Assembly: GCA_038087875.1 (NCBI GenBank)
Contig: CM075980.1
Location: 66,464,001-66,528,000 of the forward strand
Reading direction: 5' to 3'
DNA from: Malacoraja senta
Lineage: Eukaryota
Length of the DNA: 64,000 bases
Part shown: piece by piece, positions 61,154 through 64,000 of the stretch
Layout: each line of letters opens with the position of its first letter
How positions within the stretch are numbered: position 1 is the first letter of the stretch
The notes under the pieces: generated by a model
Seen by the model: the letters and a program-made list of their open reading frames with translations, nothing else
What the model was told of the DNA's origin: nothing
The model's database searches: none
Position numbers and translations under genes: made by a program

Positions 61154-62397
61154 GTGTTTCAAGCATTGCTGTTCCACCTGGGAGGATCAGAGCAATCAAA
61201 GTACCTTGTTTTGTGATTGCCTGCAACTTTACAGGCAAAGTACTTGATGCTCCAACTGAAACATGAACTAGTTTTCTGCTTTACGTCTGAGTGGGACCAA
61301 CTGAACTCACTTCACATCATTGTATTAACTACACTACATTGTTTTTATATGTACAGTTAATAGTGTAATATTCTGTTGTAAATGTATACTGTATAGATTG
61401 CAGCAATGTTTTGCAAATTTTTCATGTTTTGTTGGACCTAGTTGCTTGAGCCAACACATTGTTTTGCTAAATTATGAAAATAAACTTCAAAACATTAATT
61501 ACTGGAATATTTGAGAATTTACAAACTAAAGAGTGAATGGTATGCATATAAACATTATTTTCAAACTCCATCAAATGATTCAAAAAGTGGGAGGGAAGCA
61601 AGATTACAAAAATAAAATCTGGAGAATGATTAAAAGAATAAATTGAAAGAAAAAACAAAGTATCACTACATCCAATCTTTGTATGTGACTGGGAAGTTAC
61701 TGCAACATGGATTTTCACAACGCAAATTATAAAAGTTTAATTCTGTATTTGTTGCTACATTTTTGCAATGCAGTATATCAATAAAGTCCAGTCTAATGAT
61801 TTTATCCACAGCACATTTCTAATTGTTAGTTAGTTGATCCTAATTTATTGTTTACTTTGATGGAAATGATGAGCTAAATTTATCACCTATACCTAGCTCA
61901 ACCCGAGAGAGCAATGCTAACTCTAGTAATAGAAAATTAGTCAAAGCATGTAAGTGAAGTAGGCAAGGAGAAATGCCAGTTTCCATCTGCTAAGGTTTGA
62001 GGCAAAAAATAAATACACAAGTTGTCATGGTATTGATTTTAAGAAAATATGCATGGAAGGGGAAATAACGTTGAAGAATTTTGGGCATACCGAGAGATAT
62101 GGAGGGAACACTTTATATTATTGATCAATTTGAATTAAAACTGTGTTTATGTTTGAAATGGAAGAGATTTCATTGGCACTTTTTCATACATTCATTGGAT
62201 ATTGGAATAGTTCCATGGCCAATGGACAGTTAATGTGAATCCTGTAGTTTCAGGGAGGTGAAACGACAACGAGTAACTAAAATATTTACCTAAGCATAAC
62301 TGACATAAAAATTATGCAAAGCTATAAACTGATATAAACAGAACATATAATCAATATGGATTTCAAAAGTTAGTCATGTTTGACTAATTTTATTGTA

Positions 62398-63300
62398 TCT
62401 ATCTATATACTAAAATTCTCTGTATATATGCGTATAAATGCGTGACGATTCAAAACTCCACTGAAACGGTACACGATAGCGCTACAATTTTTTGCCAACT
62501 TACCATTGTCCTGGGATGTAAAAGAGACAAGTTTTGTTCGGATTTGTGGTATATTTTACAAGTTATTGACATTTTAAACTTTACAAAAGCCACTTTTCCA
62601 CTTGCCCGGCCCGTCAGCCACGTCACAATGGGATCCAGAATCTCATTTACATTAAAAATCGTGATTTTCAAAAAAACTCCGGTTTAATCAAATTCTTCCA
62701 GTTTCATTAACAAACATTGTTATTAGGGTTTTTTTTAAAGAAAAAACGCGATTTTCATTGAGAATTCCTTTTTAAAATCGCGGTTTTCATTGTGGGTGGT
62801 TGCAATAGGGGGGAGGTTTCAATTTTTTAAAATACATCGCGATTTTCATTGTGGAGGATGGAATAGGGGGGAGGTGAGGAGGGGGGGAGGTGAGGTGGGG
62901 GAGCAGGGGGGTAGAGGGAGGAGAAAGTGGGGGAGATGAGGGAGTGGGGAGGAGGGGGGGTAGAAGTAGAAGAGTGGGGGGGGAGGGAGGGAGAGGATGG
63001 CAGTGGGGGAGGTGAGGGAGTGGGATAGAGGGGAGGTGATTGGGGGAGCAGGGAATTGGAGCAGAGGGGTTGGGGAGGGGTTATGGAGCGAGGGAGAGTG
63101 AAGAGGGGAATGTAGGAGGACGGGTAGGAAGAGGGATGGCGAGGCGTAGTTGAGGGAAGGTTGTCGTGACTCGCGTCACAACGGGGATCTCTGGCGTCAC
63201 AACGGGAACCCCTCAGCCGCGCCTGTGCAGTTGGGGGCTATGGGTCAGTGGTGGAATATTGCCTTGGGGGACGGGCCCAACGGGTCCGCACCTGGTCTAG
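62398..63300 (+). mobile_element. Complete non-autonomous Helitron
   Basis: 5' A|TCTATCTATATACTAAAA, 3' GGGCCCAACGGGTCC hairpin plus GGTCTAG|T, and an internal G-rich tract. Confidence 0.8.
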
Positions 63301-64000
63301 TCTATCTTCTATCTATACAGAACTAAAACTCTGATCTTGTTATCTTCCGGTTTGTGTGGTTTTTCTATTTGCGCAAAAACGGTACGCTATAGCGCTACAA
63401 TTATTTGCCAGCTCACTCACCGTTCTGTGCTGCGAGTGCACCATGTTTCGTTCCGATCGGTGGCATAATGTTAAACTTAGCGAGTTTTGAAAATCTTAAA
63501 CTGCACGTGCGCAGATTGATCTCTCCTGCCAGTCAGCGCCGCGCGGATTAGTCTCTTCTGTCACTCCCTGGGACTGTCCGCCCCTTCCTTCGCCATCGCG
63601 TCTTTATTGGTGCGGAGGGACGCTCTGGATGACAGGCGGAGGTCTCCAACCGGACATAATTTTTGGAGGGACCGGAAGCGGAGATGTCGCCGATGTCGCA
63701 ACCAACGCCCGCTGTGAGTCCCAATTGCACCGCCAGTTCCAGCCCCTTCCTCTCTGGTCCCCTCGCTGGCTCCTGCCCCCCTTCCCCGTGATATCCCCCT
63801 CTCACCCATGGCTCTCCCCTTTTTTCTGAGCCTCACCCCCATCCGCCCCCGCCCACCCCCACAACCCCCTACGCCCACACCCATCCCCCCACCCACAAGC
63901 CTCCCACCAACACACCCTCCCCACAACACCGCATTCCCTCCACAACCCCTGTTGACACACCTATCCCCCCCGCCCACAAGCCCCCTCCCACACACACCCC
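63301..64000 (+). mobile_element. Next Helitron of the stack, runs off the window
   Basis: TCTA TCTTCTA TCTA TACAGAACTAAAACTC head and the shared AAACGGTAC..ATAGCGCTACAAT motif. Confidence 0.7.

Overview
Eukaryotic, vertebrate genomic DNA. The repeat families and the NICN1 orthologue suggest a cartilaginous fish such as a skate or ray (inference). Bases 1-~51.5k are almost entirely nested transposable elements: a Helitron RepHel relic and stacked non-autonomous Helitrons; a hAT-type TIR family with a 7-bp TSD (relic plus MITE); three DIRS tyrosine-recombinase elements; three same-orientation PIF/Harbinger copies (transposase on -, a 6-exon MADF partner gene on +); a near-complete young Gypsy element; a full-length CR1 LINE; L1, Rex1, CR1, Gmr1-like gag and Tc1 remnants; and an odd gag-protease Gypsy derivative bounded by inverted LTR ends with a clean 5-bp TSD. 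From ~53.1k there is a CpG-island promoter and the host gene NICN1 (+ strand). Its first coding exon and last two exons are visible, the last intron is GC-AG, and the middle exons are probably lost in the 200-N gap. The best novelty candidates are the inverted-terminus Gypsy derivative (9594-11183), Helitrons apparently inserting into their own 5' heads and building a (TCTA)n tract, a DIRS whose RT region is replaced by a Rex1 RT, and Harbinger self-insertion and TIR capture. All calls were made by eye without database searches.
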